A model generated the notes under the pieces. That model was not told the DNA's origin. It did not search any database and saw only the letters and a program-made list of their open reading frames with translations. A stretch of DNA of 64,000 bases from a bacterium. GTDB lineage: Bacteria > Zhuqueibacterota > Zhuqueibacteria > Residuimicrobiales > Krinioviventaceae. The stretch spans positions 3,264,001 to 3,328,000 of the forward strand of contig CAXXMD010000003.1 of assembly GCA_963675755.2 (NCBI GenBank), in the 5' to 3' direction. A program made the translations under genes and the position numbers. Position 1 is the first letter of the stretch. Every line of letters starts with the position of its first letter. This document shows, piece by piece, positions 27,547-36,971 of this stretch.

Positions 27547-30174
27547 TTGAAAAAGTTGTTATTAGTACTCTTGATGGTTGGATGCCTTGCCGGTATGACT
27601 ATGGCACAGGTAACCCCAATTCATGACATTCAGTATACTGAAGACGAAAGTGGTGATTCTCCACTGGCAGGTCAGACTGTTACTGTTTCCGGTATTATTA
27701 CTGGTGAACCTGGTGCATTTGGCAGCAGCTATTATATTCAGGATGCTGAAGGCCCCTGGAATGGTATTATGGTTTATGATGGTGGCCGTGAAGTTGCTGA
27801 AGGTGATTCTGTAACTTTGACCGCTGATGTAAGCGAATATTACAACCTTACTGAACTTTCAAATGTAACCGAGTTTACAATTGAAAAAGAAGGTGTTTTT
27901 GGAATTAATCCCGATACTTTGACTACTGCTGAAGCTTCTACTGAAGCTTATGAAGGCTGTTTGGTTACTGTAGAAAACCTAACCATTTCTAACGATAATT
28001 TAGGTTACGGTGAATGGGAAGTAGATGATGGTTCTGGTCCATGTGTTGTTGACAATGTAGCAGACTATTATTTTGATCCTACTACAGCTACCGAAGTTGC
28101 TTCTATTACCGGTCTTATTGGTTATGATTATGGCGCATACAAAATTAGACCACGTTTGGCTTTTGATGTTGTTGAAGCTGGTGACTATACCCGTATTCAA
28201 CGCATTCAGCAGGTACGTCAGAGTGATCTTGAAAAAGCTCCTTATGACAACGAATCTGATATCAGCTATCTCGATGGAGATACATTGAAAATTACAGGTA
28301 TTGTTACCATGCCTACCGGTTTGAGTTATGCAGGTGACGGTATCAAATTCATCATCAGTGAACCTGAAGGTGGTCCATGGTCTGCAGTTTTATCATACAA
28401 TGCAGATTCTACTGCTTATCCTCAGTTGTTCGAAGGTGATGAAATTGAAATGACTGGTTATATTGGTGAATATACTACCAGCCCAAGTAATATGACTGAA
28501 TTCTGGATTACCAGCCCGATTAATATTTTGAGCATTGGTAATGAATTGCCAGAACCCGATTCTATTGCTACAGGTGATTTACGTTGGCCCACCACTGCAG
28601 AACAATGGGGCAATGTAATTGTTCAAGTTGGTAATGCAGTTGTAGATAATGTAACCCCACAGTATGAATTGTTCTCTGTAAATGATGGAACCGGTAGTGT
28701 ATTGGTTGATGATGATTCTGACAGCCTTGCAAATTACGAAGATCCACCATTGGGCGCAATTGCAGAATATCTCTCTGGTTGGGTTTATCACCATTATGGT
28801 AGTTATGCAGACTCTACTGCTTACAAACTCGAACCTCTGTATGTAGGTGATATTGTTTGGGGCGCTGGTCCTCCATCTGTAAAAAATACAGTACGTAGTG
28901 TAGCTGCTCCTACTACACAAGATGATGTAGATGTAACAACCGAAGTTCAAACCAACCTTACTATAACCCAGGCTACCCTGAGCTATAATGTAGATGATGG
29001 TGATTATACTGATGTTGCAATGACTGACAATGGTGATGGTACCTGGACAGGTACAATCCCTGCACAAGCTGAAGGTGCATATGTAAGTTATTATGTAGCA
29101 GCATCTGATGATGCAGAACAATCAACAACTGATCCTGCAGAACCTACAAGATTGAATTACAGTTATAAAGTAACTGATGCTGCATTGACTATTGCTGATT
29201 TGCAAAATACCCCTTGGGAAATTGCTGACAGTCCTTATAACGGTTACGAAGTAGAGGTTTCCGGTTATGTTACTGCTGGTGATGCATTCCTGGGTATCTA
29301 TGAAGGTTTTGTAATTCAGGATATGACAGGTGAATGGAACGGTGTTTACGTATTCGATCAGACCGCTGATGGCGTTAGCTTGCCTTCATTGAATGTTGGT
29401 GATTGGGTAACCGTATATGGTACCGTAAGCGATTACAATCCTGATTATCATTACAAATGGGACAATAACACAGTGATTCTCGCTGACAGTGCTGTTGTAG
29501 CGCTTTCAAAATCTGACAGTGAAATGCCAGAACCGGTTGTTGTTAATACTGGTGAACTTGCCGATGATGCAGATACTGCAGAACAGTGGGAAGGTGTTTT
29601 GACACGTGTTGAAAATGTAACTATCAGCAGCGTTAATTCTTATGATTTCTCTGTAACCGATGGTTCCGGCGAATGTCGTATTGATGATGATGGTGTTGAA
29701 GATGCAGTACTTTTAATCAATCGTGATGACGAGTATGTAGTTGTTAACAATACAGACACACTTCGCGTTGGTGATGTTATTAGTGGTATTCAAGGTGTAT
29801 TTACCTTTAGCTTTGGTACCTTTAAAATTGAAGTACGTGACGTAAATGATATGGGTGTAACAACTGGTGTTAATGATGACTTTGTTGCCGCTCCATTGGC
29901 ATACAACCTGGGTCAGAATTATCCCAACCCGTTCAACCCTGAAACCCGCATTTACTTTACTTTGCCACATACCCAGAATACACAAATTGTAATTTACAAT
30001 GTTATGGGTCAGCAAGTACGTACACTGGTTGATCAGCAGTACCAGGCTGGACAACATGTTGTGAACTGGAATGGCTTGAACAATGCAGGCCTCAAAGTTC
30101 CTTCCGGTGTATATTTCTACAGAATCGTTGCCGGTGATTTTGTAGCTACCAAAAAAATGATGATGTTGAAATAA
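27547..30174 (+). CDS. secreted acidic protein with three tandem YhcR/ExeM-type OB-fold modules, an Ig-like domain and a T9SS-type CTD
   Basis: TTG start after AAAGGAG; repeats of I.DIQ..SP..G..V.V.G.VT..Y.IQD..G.W.G..VY and E.YEG.LV.V.N..V.DGSG..VDD; C-terminal QNYPNPFNPET..YNVMGQQV..SGVYFY..KKMMMLK. Confidence 0.72.
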   Translation: MKKLLLVLLMVGCLAGMTMAQVTPIHDIQYTEDESGDSPLAGQTVTVSGIITGEPGAFGSSYYIQDAEGPWNGIMVYDGGREVAEGDSVTLTADVSEYYNLTELSNVTEFTIEKEGVFGINPDTLTTAEASTEAYEGCLVTVENLTISNDNLGYGEWEVDDGSGPCVVDNVADYYFDPTTATEVASITGLIGYDYGAYKIRPRLAFDVVEAGDYTRIQRIQQVRQSDLEKAPYDNESDISYLDGDTLKITGIVTMPTGLSYAGDGIKFIISEPEGGPWSAVLSYNADSTAYPQLFEGDEIEMTGYIGEYTTSPSNMTEFWITSPINILSIGNELPEPDSIATGDLRWPTTAEQWGNVIVQVGNAVVDNVTPQYELFSVNDGTGSVLVDDDSDSLANYEDPPLGAIAEYLSGWVYHHYGSYADSTAYKLEPLYVGDIVWGAGPPSVKNTVRSVAAPTTQDDVDVTTEVQTNLTITQATLSYNVDDGDYTDVAMTDNGDGTWTGTIPAQAEGAYVSYYVAASDDAEQSTTDPAEPTRLNYSYKVTDAALTIADLQNTPWEIADSPYNGYEVEVSGYVTAGDAFLGIYEGFVIQDMTGEWNGVYVFDQTADGVSLPSLNVGDWVTVYGTVSDYNPDYHYKWDNNTVILADSAVVALSKSDSEMPEPVVVNTGELADDADTAEQWEGVLTRVENVTISSVNSYDFSVTDGSGECRIDDDGVEDAVLLINRDDEYVVVNNTDTLRVGDVISGIQGVFTFSFGTFKIEVRDVNDMGVTTGVNDDFVAAPLAYNLGQNYPNPFNPETRIYFTLPHTQNTQIVIYNVMGQQVRTLVDQQYQAGQHVVNWNGLNNAGLKVPSGVYFYRIVAGDFVATKKMMMLK

Positions 30175-30181
30175 TAAATTT

Positions 30182-30208
30182 TGCCTCCCGGAATTTTTCC
30201 GGGAGGCA
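30182..30208. repeat. GC-rich intergenic hairpin without a downstream U-tract (mRNA stabiliser/REP-like)
   Basis: TGCCTCCCGGAA-TTT-TTCCGGGAGGCA. Shares CCTCCCGGA/TCCGGGAGG arms with the hairpin at 48332-48361. Confidence 0.6.
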
Positions 30209-30226
30209 TATAACCTGATAAAGCAA

Positions 30227-31741
30227 ATGAAACCGTTTAGATATTATATATTATTGGCCATTGTTTTTCTTGTTGCTGTGCAATGCAGTATCAAAGACCC
30301 CTTTGGGGATGAAAAAGAATCTCTATTGTTAGAGAATCAACCTCCTGAAACCCATCTTTATCTGTTTGTTGATCAACAACAGATAACACAGTTTGATACG
30401 GTACAGGCAGGTGACACAACTCAAATCATTCCCAAAACCTATACCACTGGAATTGATACTACCCCCAGTAAGCAAATTGTGCACTGGTGGGGAGATGACC
30501 CTGATGGTCAGGTCGTTGGTTATTATTATCAATGGGATTATGAGACCGAACCCACGTTCACTACAGCAGAATATGATACGTTTTATGTCCCTATTCAAAG
30601 CAGTTATGATGAATTTGAAATCAGAGTGTGGGCTGTTGATAATGAGAATCTGTCTGACCCTTCTCCGGCAGTACTGATCTATCCCGTATTTAATACTCCA
30701 CCTGAAATTGCTTTCAGGCTGGGTAGTAATCCGTCGGTCAGTAATAATCCGGAAGTAACTGCATACACATTCCCAACAAGAACATTTGTATGGGAGGCGT
30801 TTGATGATGATGGTAGAGAAACCATTACCAACATTTATTACGCTTTGGATGATACATCCACCTGGATTGCATTACCTGGTGATGAAACACAAATAACTCT
30901 GCGTGAACTTGAACCTGGCGAGCATAGGTTCTTTGTTAAAGCACAGGATATTTCGGGCAAATTCAGTAATGTGGTTTCTTTCCCTGATCCAGAAGATGAT
31001 AATGTTCCGCATCGTTGGGAAGTTCAGCCCGTACAAGGCTCAGTTTTGCTGGTTAATGATTTTGCTCAAGATCAAAACCTTTATGAAGTACAAAATTTTT
31101 ACACCGATATTTTGGATGAACTTTTGGGATCTGATGGATATTCTGTTTGGGAGATCGGTACGGATAATACACCGGTTGTGAATCCTGAAAATGCCATTCC
31201 ATATTCTTCCATAGATATTGAAGCAAACCTGTCATATTTTGACAAGGTTATCTGGTTCTCTCATTTGGGTAGACCCAGCTTGACAAGTGCCGGTTTGTCT
31301 ATTACAAAGTTTATGAGTACTGGCGGCGGAATTTTAATTACCAATGGTAATGAAGAAATCCCAGATACAACATGGACTTTTACCAGTATTGATTCCGTAT
31401 ATCGTTTGAATCCGGGCGGACGTTTACTGCCGGGTATTGATATTCTTGCCTCATTTGGCAGTGATAATGATGAACAACTTGATCTGAATTTGGGTCAACT
31501 GGTAGGTAACCGCGTTTCTGCATTGATTCCAGGTTCAGATGCGGATGTTGTTTATTCTATGCAACCCGATTCAACTGCAACGGTAACGGTTCCTTATACA
31601 GGTTCACCACCAGTAGGAATTCGATACAAGATAGGAAGCGGAGAATCAATCTATTTTTCATTACCGCTACACTATTGTTACGGAAATGATAACATGACAA
31701 AAGTTCTAAGGTATATACTGTTTGAAGAATTTGAAAATTGA
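30227..31741 (+). CDS. lipoprotein of unknown function with Ig/FN3-like repeats
   Basis: Lipobox AVQC; two N.PPET..W.G.D.DG..F.V.A.D..G..D.SPA modules followed by an alpha/beta-type region (VLLVND..VIWFS). Confidence 0.65.
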   Translation: MKPFRYYILLAIVFLVAVQCSIKDPFGDEKESLLLENQPPETHLYLFVDQQQITQFDTVQAGDTTQIIPKTYTTGIDTTPSKQIVHWWGDDPDGQVVGYYYQWDYETEPTFTTAEYDTFYVPIQSSYDEFEIRVWAVDNENLSDPSPAVLIYPVFNTPPEIAFRLGSNPSVSNNPEVTAYTFPTRTFVWEAFDDDGRETITNIYYALDDTSTWIALPGDETQITLRELEPGEHRFFVKAQDISGKFSNVVSFPDPEDDNVPHRWEVQPVQGSVLLVNDFAQDQNLYEVQNFYTDILDELLGSDGYSVWEIGTDNTPVVNPENAIPYSSIDIEANLSYFDKVIWFSHLGRPSLTSAGLSITKFMSTGGGILITNGNEEIPDTTWTFTSIDSVYRLNPGGRLLPGIDILASFGSDNDEQLDLNLGQLVGNRVSALIPGSDADVVYSMQPDSTATVTVPYTGSPPVGIRYKIGSGESIYFSLPLHYCYGNDNMTKVLRYILFEEFEN

Positions 31742-31748
31742 TATAAAT

Positions 31749-34487
31749 ATGAAGAAAATGACAAAACTGAAATTATTATTCGTTCTCGTTATGCTGCCGG
31801 TTCTTGCATTTTCGCAAGCAATTAATACGACTATTTCAGGCCACGTCTATGACAAGGATACAGGAGATGGTCTACCCGGTGTAAACATAATCGTCCAGGG
31901 TACTTATAAAGGAACGGCTACGGATGCAAATGGCTATTTTGAGATCAAAAGCCTTTCCCCGGGTGATTATGATATTAAAGCATCAATGATCGGTTACATT
32001 GTACAGATTCAAACTGCAATCAAGGTACAACTGAACCGTACAACAGCACTCGATTTTCAGCTCGAGCCCACAGTACTTGCATTTGGTCAGACTGTTGAGG
32101 TTGTAGGTGAAAAACCATTATTTGATGCTGAATTGACAGCTTCTGAACAACGCATGTCTGAAGAAGAAATTAAGCAAAAAGTTGTTGAAGATGTAAATGA
32201 CCTGGTAGCTGACCAGGTAGGTGTTGTTGTGCAAGACAACAAGATCTTTATTCGTGGTGGTCGTGCAGATGAAAGTATGTATGTAATCGACGGTCAATCC
32301 ATCAAAGATCCATTATCTGGTTATTCCAACACTCTTTATATTAATGCCTCGGCTATCAAGGAACTCAAGGTTATCACCGGTGGTTTTGACGCGGAATATG
32401 GTCAGGCTATGTCTGGTATTATTGATGTTGAGACCAGAGAGGGTGGAGATGAGTATGAGGGTAACTTTGTGATAAAGACTGACAATCTATTGTCAAAGTA
32501 TGTCAATAGTCACAATACGGACATTATCCAGTTTAATATTGGTGGTCCTGATCCAATTACTTCCAATTTACTCCCCAACATAGGTCTGGATCTTCCGGGC
32601 GAACTGGCATTCTTTCTGAGTGGTTATACCCATTTGTCAGATACCTACTTGCCCCATGCAAGCAAACTCTATCCTTCAAAATCAGCATTTAATGATTTTG
32701 CACCCCGTGAGGAAAATGACTGGCATATACTTGGTAAATTGTCATGGACGATTAAGCCCGGTCAAAAATTGACGTATTCCTATGACCGTTCATTAAACAT
32801 TAACCAGGGATACTTTTTACCTCGTGTAAGTGGTGAGCGTGGTTATCCATATGATTTTCAGGAAAATCTTGATCATTATAACACGTTTACCAAAGAAGGA
32901 TTTCTGAGTACTTTAAAATGGACCCATACCTTGAATGCAACTACCTTTTATAATTTGAGCATTTCAAGATTTTATACAAGTTTACACTCTGCGGTACAAA
33001 ATAAACACTGGTCAGATTATGTCCAGTATCTTGATCTAGAACCCATCTATTATTATCCCACCAGCGATGGTAGTATTGAAACCCGGTTTGGAGATGGATT
33101 TTGGGATTATGGTGATTCGGAAAACTGGTATGATTATTTTAGTGATACCTGGTCATTAATAGGTGATTTTACCTATAATCCCAATGAACGCCATTCTATG
33201 AAAATGGGATTGGAATCCCGTTATACAGACATGCAGGTGATTGATATTAATGCACCCTGGTATGGAGAATCGGGACTTGGACGTAACCATGATTTTTTTA
33301 GAGTCTTCCCGAATGACGGATCTTTATACATTCAGGACAGGATCACCTACAGTGGTATGATTGTAAACCTGGGATTGCGTTACGATTACTGGTTCCCGGG
33401 AAAATATGTAGACGACGCCATTAAAGATCCTGAAACCGTGATTATTACAGATGAAGCCCGTGAAAAATATCTTGAAGATACTTTTGAGGTGTTTGGATTG
33501 CATGGTAAAGGCCACTTGAGCCCACGGTTGGGTATTTCTCATCCGGTTACAGATAATGACGTACTTTACATGCATTATGGCCATTTTTCTCAAAAACCAA
33601 AAGGCCAATATGTTTATGCCAAGTTGAAATCTACTTCCGAGGCTACATACCAATTGTTCGGGAATCCCAATCTTGATCCTACAACTACGGTTGCGTACGA
33701 GTTGGGTTTGAAACACCGTTTTAACGCAAACCAGACAATTGAGATCAAGGCATATTATAAAGATATGTTTGATTATCCCACGGCTGTGAGTGTTAAAAAA
33801 TACAGTCCGCGTTATGGAAACATTAGCTATCTCATGTATGTGAATATGGATTATGCAAGATCCCGTGGTATTGAGATGCGATTTCGTCGTCGGTATTCAA
33901 AATACCTGAGCGGTAATATTGATTTTTCATATGCTGTTGCAACCGGTAAAAGCTCTTCACCCAACACCAACCTGTTGGTTGCCGCGGGTAAAGTTGAAGA
34001 AAAACCGCTTGGCGAAACCAGCCTGTCCTGGGACAAACCTTACAGAGTTTCTACTGACATTTATTTTGATGTTCCCAAAGGTGATGGCTGGAATTTGTTT
34101 GGATTTAAAATGCCCGAAGATTGGGGCTTTAGCGTACGCTGGGAACTTGAATCCGGAAAGCGATATACCAAGCTTGTGGATGTAGACAATAATATATATG
34201 AAAGCGACGAGTATAACAGCCTGTCAAAGATGAAAATGCGTACAGATTTGAAATTTTACAAGAATTTTACAATGTTCAACACGCTGTTATCCTTTTTTGT
34301 AGAAGCTGAAAATGTTTTCAATAATAAAATACCAAGAATCATCAACCCGGTAACCGGTCAACCTTATGAGCCGGGGGATATTATTCCCGTAACCTGGTAT
34401 GATGAAGTACAGGATTTACCACCGTCAAACCCCGCCCGCTATGAATGGCCAAGACGGGTTATGACGGGTCTGGAATTTCAGTTTTAA
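31749..34487 (+). CDS. TonB-dependent receptor with N-terminal carboxypeptidase-regulatory-like domain
   Basis: ISGHVYDKDTGDGLPGVNI, plug IRGGRADE..YVIDG..TGGFDAEYGQAMSGII, NLGLRYDY, SPRLGISHPV, GNPNL.P.TT.AYELG, terminal GLEFQF. Start set at ATG 31749. Confidence 0.93.
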   Translation: MKKMTKLKLLFVLVMLPVLAFSQAINTTISGHVYDKDTGDGLPGVNIIVQGTYKGTATDANGYFEIKSLSPGDYDIKASMIGYIVQIQTAIKVQLNRTTALDFQLEPTVLAFGQTVEVVGEKPLFDAELTASEQRMSEEEIKQKVVEDVNDLVADQVGVVVQDNKIFIRGGRADESMYVIDGQSIKDPLSGYSNTLYINASAIKELKVITGGFDAEYGQAMSGIIDVETREGGDEYEGNFVIKTDNLLSKYVNSHNTDIIQFNIGGPDPITSNLLPNIGLDLPGELAFFLSGYTHLSDTYLPHASKLYPSKSAFNDFAPREENDWHILGKLSWTIKPGQKLTYSYDRSLNINQGYFLPRVSGERGYPYDFQENLDHYNTFTKEGFLSTLKWTHTLNATTFYNLSISRFYTSLHSAVQNKHWSDYVQYLDLEPIYYYPTSDGSIETRFGDGFWDYGDSENWYDYFSDTWSLIGDFTYNPNERHSMKMGLESRYTDMQVIDINAPWYGESGLGRNHDFFRVFPNDGSLYIQDRITYSGMIVNLGLRYDYWFPGKYVDDAIKDPETVIITDEAREKYLEDTFEVFGLHGKGHLSPRLGISHPVTDNDVLYMHYGHFSQKPKGQYVYAKLKSTSEATYQLFGNPNLDPTTTVAYELGLKHRFNANQTIEIKAYYKDMFDYPTAVSVKKYSPRYGNISYLMYVNMDYARSRGIEMRFRRRYSKYLSGNIDFSYAVATGKSSSPNTNLLVAAGKVEEKPLGETSLSWDKPYRVSTDIYFDVPKGDGWNLFGFKMPEDWGFSVRWELESGKRYTKLVDVDNNIYESDEYNSLSKMKMRTDLKFYKNFTMFNTLLSFFVEAENVFNNKIPRIINPVTGQPYEPGDIIPVTWYDEVQDLPPSNPARYEWPRRVMTGLEFQF

Positions 34488-34496
34488 CCATGATTA

Positions 34497-35510
34497 ATGA
34501 TATTGGGTATGAATGTGAAACAAATTAAATATATTACTTACGCACTAGTATTCTTTACTGCATCTTTTGTATATTCTCAAGGTTTGCTGCCTAAATTGGG
34601 TGAACAGCGTGCAGGAACAGCATCAATGACATTTTTAAAAATTGGAGTTGGTGCAAGAGCTGTATCCATGAGTGGTGCATATGTTGCAATGGCCGATGAT
34701 GGTTCCGCAATGTACTGGAACCCTGCGGGAATTGTTCAAATTGGAAAAAATGAACTTGTTATGTCACATATGGATTGGCTTGCGGATATTAAATATGAAT
34801 TTCTTGGATATGCGCACCAGTTGAATTCAAATATTGGTATTGGTATGTATGTTGGCTATCTGCATTTGGCAGATATGCCGGTAACAACTGAATATCATCC
34901 CTTTGGGAATGGTGAGTATTTTGGATACAACGATATGGTGACCGGCCTTTCCGGTTCTTTGAAAATGACCGATAAATTTTCATTTGGTATTACTTTTAAA
35001 TATGTACGTGAAACACTTGATGATCTGGTAATGGATGGCTTTATGGTCGATTTTGGTACATATTACTGGACAGGATTTAAATCTTTACGTGTTGCTGCTG
35101 CCATGCGTAATTTTGGTCCTGAAATGAAACCAGGTGGTACCTATATGCAAACAGAAACATCTGGTAGTGTTTCTGAAACGGATTACCAGGGCTTTTCACC
35201 CCCTATTGTATTCAGCCTGGGATCTGCAATGGATGTGTATGAATTTGCTGAAAATGTATTCACGCTTTCAATTCAAATGGACCATCCTATGGATGATCAG
35301 GAAATATATGTTGCAGGTCTTGAATATGATTTCAACAATATTTTGCAATTGCGTTCAGGATACAAGGCTAATTTTGAGGAAAATCACTGGAGTTTTGGTG
35401 GCGGTTTGAGCGTTCCCATGTGGGGAAATGCATTGCAAATCGATTACTCTTATGCTGAATTTACAAACCTGTCAATGACACAGCAATTTACTATAGGATT
35501 CAAGTTTTAA
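34497..35510 (+). CDS. PorV/PorQ (FadL-like, UPF0164) outer-membrane beta-barrel
   Basis: FLKIGVGARAVSMSGAYVA.ADD.SAMYWNPAG signature, D.G..Y, NFG, LRSGY, IDYSY, terminal F. Confidence 0.88.
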   Translation: MILGMNVKQIKYITYALVFFTASFVYSQGLLPKLGEQRAGTASMTFLKIGVGARAVSMSGAYVAMADDGSAMYWNPAGIVQIGKNELVMSHMDWLADIKYEFLGYAHQLNSNIGIGMYVGYLHLADMPVTTEYHPFGNGEYFGYNDMVTGLSGSLKMTDKFSFGITFKYVRETLDDLVMDGFMVDFGTYYWTGFKSLRVAAAMRNFGPEMKPGGTYMQTETSGSVSETDYQGFSPPIVFSLGSAMDVYEFAENVFTLSIQMDHPMDDQEIYVAGLEYDFNNILQLRSGYKANFEENHWSFGGGLSVPMWGNALQIDYSYAEFTNLSMTQQFTIGFKF

Positions 35511-36742
35511 TGATGAAAAGAATACATTATATTATAATTGCAATACTATTGGTTTTAATGGCAGCATCTTGCGAGTATTCCAAGATGCCTTTGCCTGTTG
35601 CAAATAGTTCCAGTTCCGGATTTGGAGCAAATGATACCAGTTATGTGGAATTGAATCCGGTATGGGATGCTACATTTTTGGGAAATACGCTTTCGCATCC
35701 AACTGATATTACTATTGGGCCTGATGGTTATATCTTTATCGCTGATGAAGGTAATGACAGAATACTGGTTGTTAATCAGTCCGGTGAACAAATGACCCAA
35801 AATGGCCTGGGTAATTTGAACAATATACCTGCACCCTCGGGTATTCATATTGATGCTAAATTAAACCTGTACGCCACGAATGGTTCAAACACAGTTTATG
35901 CTTGGAACCAATACTTTAATACAGTTTCTATTGATTCGGTGTCTGACCGCATCGTAATCAAAAATTATACAACGGGTGATACCTTGCATGTAACATTGGC
36001 TGAAGCTTATTCCGGTGAAGATGCTTTTCCGGGATATCAATTCCAGTCTATATTGTTTGAAGGATATTCCGCCGACAAACATCCAATTCGGGATGTTTAT
36101 ACTTTTTATAAGGATACTCAAGCCGGAACCCAGATCAATGATATTACATCCATTGGTGATGATCTTTATGCTACTGATTCAGGCAATCAACGTATTATAA
36201 AAATTGCCTTGATTCCTGCCTGGTTTGTAAAAACCTCAGAGGAATTTGTTCTGTTACACTATCGCGGAGCATTTTCTTCCAATGCTGTAACATATGGTTC
36301 AGGTGCAGGCACTGTTGATACACCTTGGAGCATTGTTTCTGATGATGACAATATATATTTCAGCCAATTAGCAGGTAACTTTTTGGTGCAAAAATTGAGT
36401 GCTGAAGATTTTACTTCTCAATTTACACTTTATCAGGATGCAATTATGGACCTGAACCGTTTTGTAGAGCCCCGTGCAATAGCGCTTGATGAAACCGGTG
36501 ATTTATTTGTTATGGATACAGGTTCACAAAAGGTCCAGAAATTTTTTAACACGGGTACCCGTGCAGGACAGGTTGCTGATTTGGGAGAACGCGGAATTGC
36601 TGTAACTGAATTCAATGACGCCAGAGGCTTGATGGTCAGTGACCAGGTAATCTATGTAGTAGAAAGTGGTGAAAATCGAATTCGTAGATTCCAGTATTCT
36701 ATTTCTGATGAAGATATTCCTGATGATGAAAAACAACCCTGA
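35510..36742 (+). CDS. NHL-repeat beta-propeller lipoprotein
   Basis: Lipobox AASC; PTDITIGPDGYIFIADEGNDRI, PRAIALDETGDLFVMDTG..KVQKF, IYVVESGENRIRRF. Confidence 0.8.
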   Translation: MMKRIHYIIIAILLVLMAASCEYSKMPLPVANSSSSGFGANDTSYVELNPVWDATFLGNTLSHPTDITIGPDGYIFIADEGNDRILVVNQSGEQMTQNGLGNLNNIPAPSGIHIDAKLNLYATNGSNTVYAWNQYFNTVSIDSVSDRIVIKNYTTGDTLHVTLAEAYSGEDAFPGYQFQSILFEGYSADKHPIRDVYTFYKDTQAGTQINDITSIGDDLYATDSGNQRIIKIALIPAWFVKTSEEFVLLHYRGAFSSNAVTYGSGAGTVDTPWSIVSDDDNIYFSQLAGNFLVQKLSAEDFTSQFTLYQDAIMDLNRFVEPRAIALDETGDLFVMDTGSQKVQKFFNTGTRAGQVADLGERGIAVTEFNDARGLMVSDQVIYVVESGENRIRRFQYSISDEDIPDDEKQP

Positions 36743-36766
36743 TAATTTTCAAAAAATTATGATTTT

Positions 36767-36801
36767 AAAAGCCCTGGTATTCAAGTATCCGGGCTTTTTT
36801 T
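36767..36801 (+). terminator. probable intrinsic terminator closing the TBDR/PorV operon
   Basis: AAAAGCCC...GGGCTTTTTTT imperfect stem with a T tract. Confidence 0.65.
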
Positions 36802-36971
36802 ATTTAATGCAGAATATTGAATTATTTAGAATCGTTATTCTGTTAATAAGTAATAAATTGAGAAAAAATACTGAAATATTAGTAACTTGATAATTATGGT
36901 GAGAAAAAAGATTTCATTTTATTTATAAATTAATTATACTGTAAACTGTTACAAAATAATAGGATATTTGC

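Noticed and set aside
28579-29121. 180-aa antisense ORF within the OB-fold gene
   Set aside because: Expected by-product of strong sense codon bias; Ile/Cys/Tyr-rich non-protein-like sequence.
31749-34487. TBDR as a heme receptor because it neighbours the hem operon
   Set aside because: A terminator and a 230-bp promoter region separate the operons, hem genes are biosynthetic, and no FRAP/NPNL pair typical of heme receptors was recognised (only GNPNL).
36820-36900. Fur/PerR box upstream of the heme operon (AGAAT-CGTT-ATTCT)
   Set aside because: Partial match only, in very AT-rich DNA; not distinguishable from background by eye.
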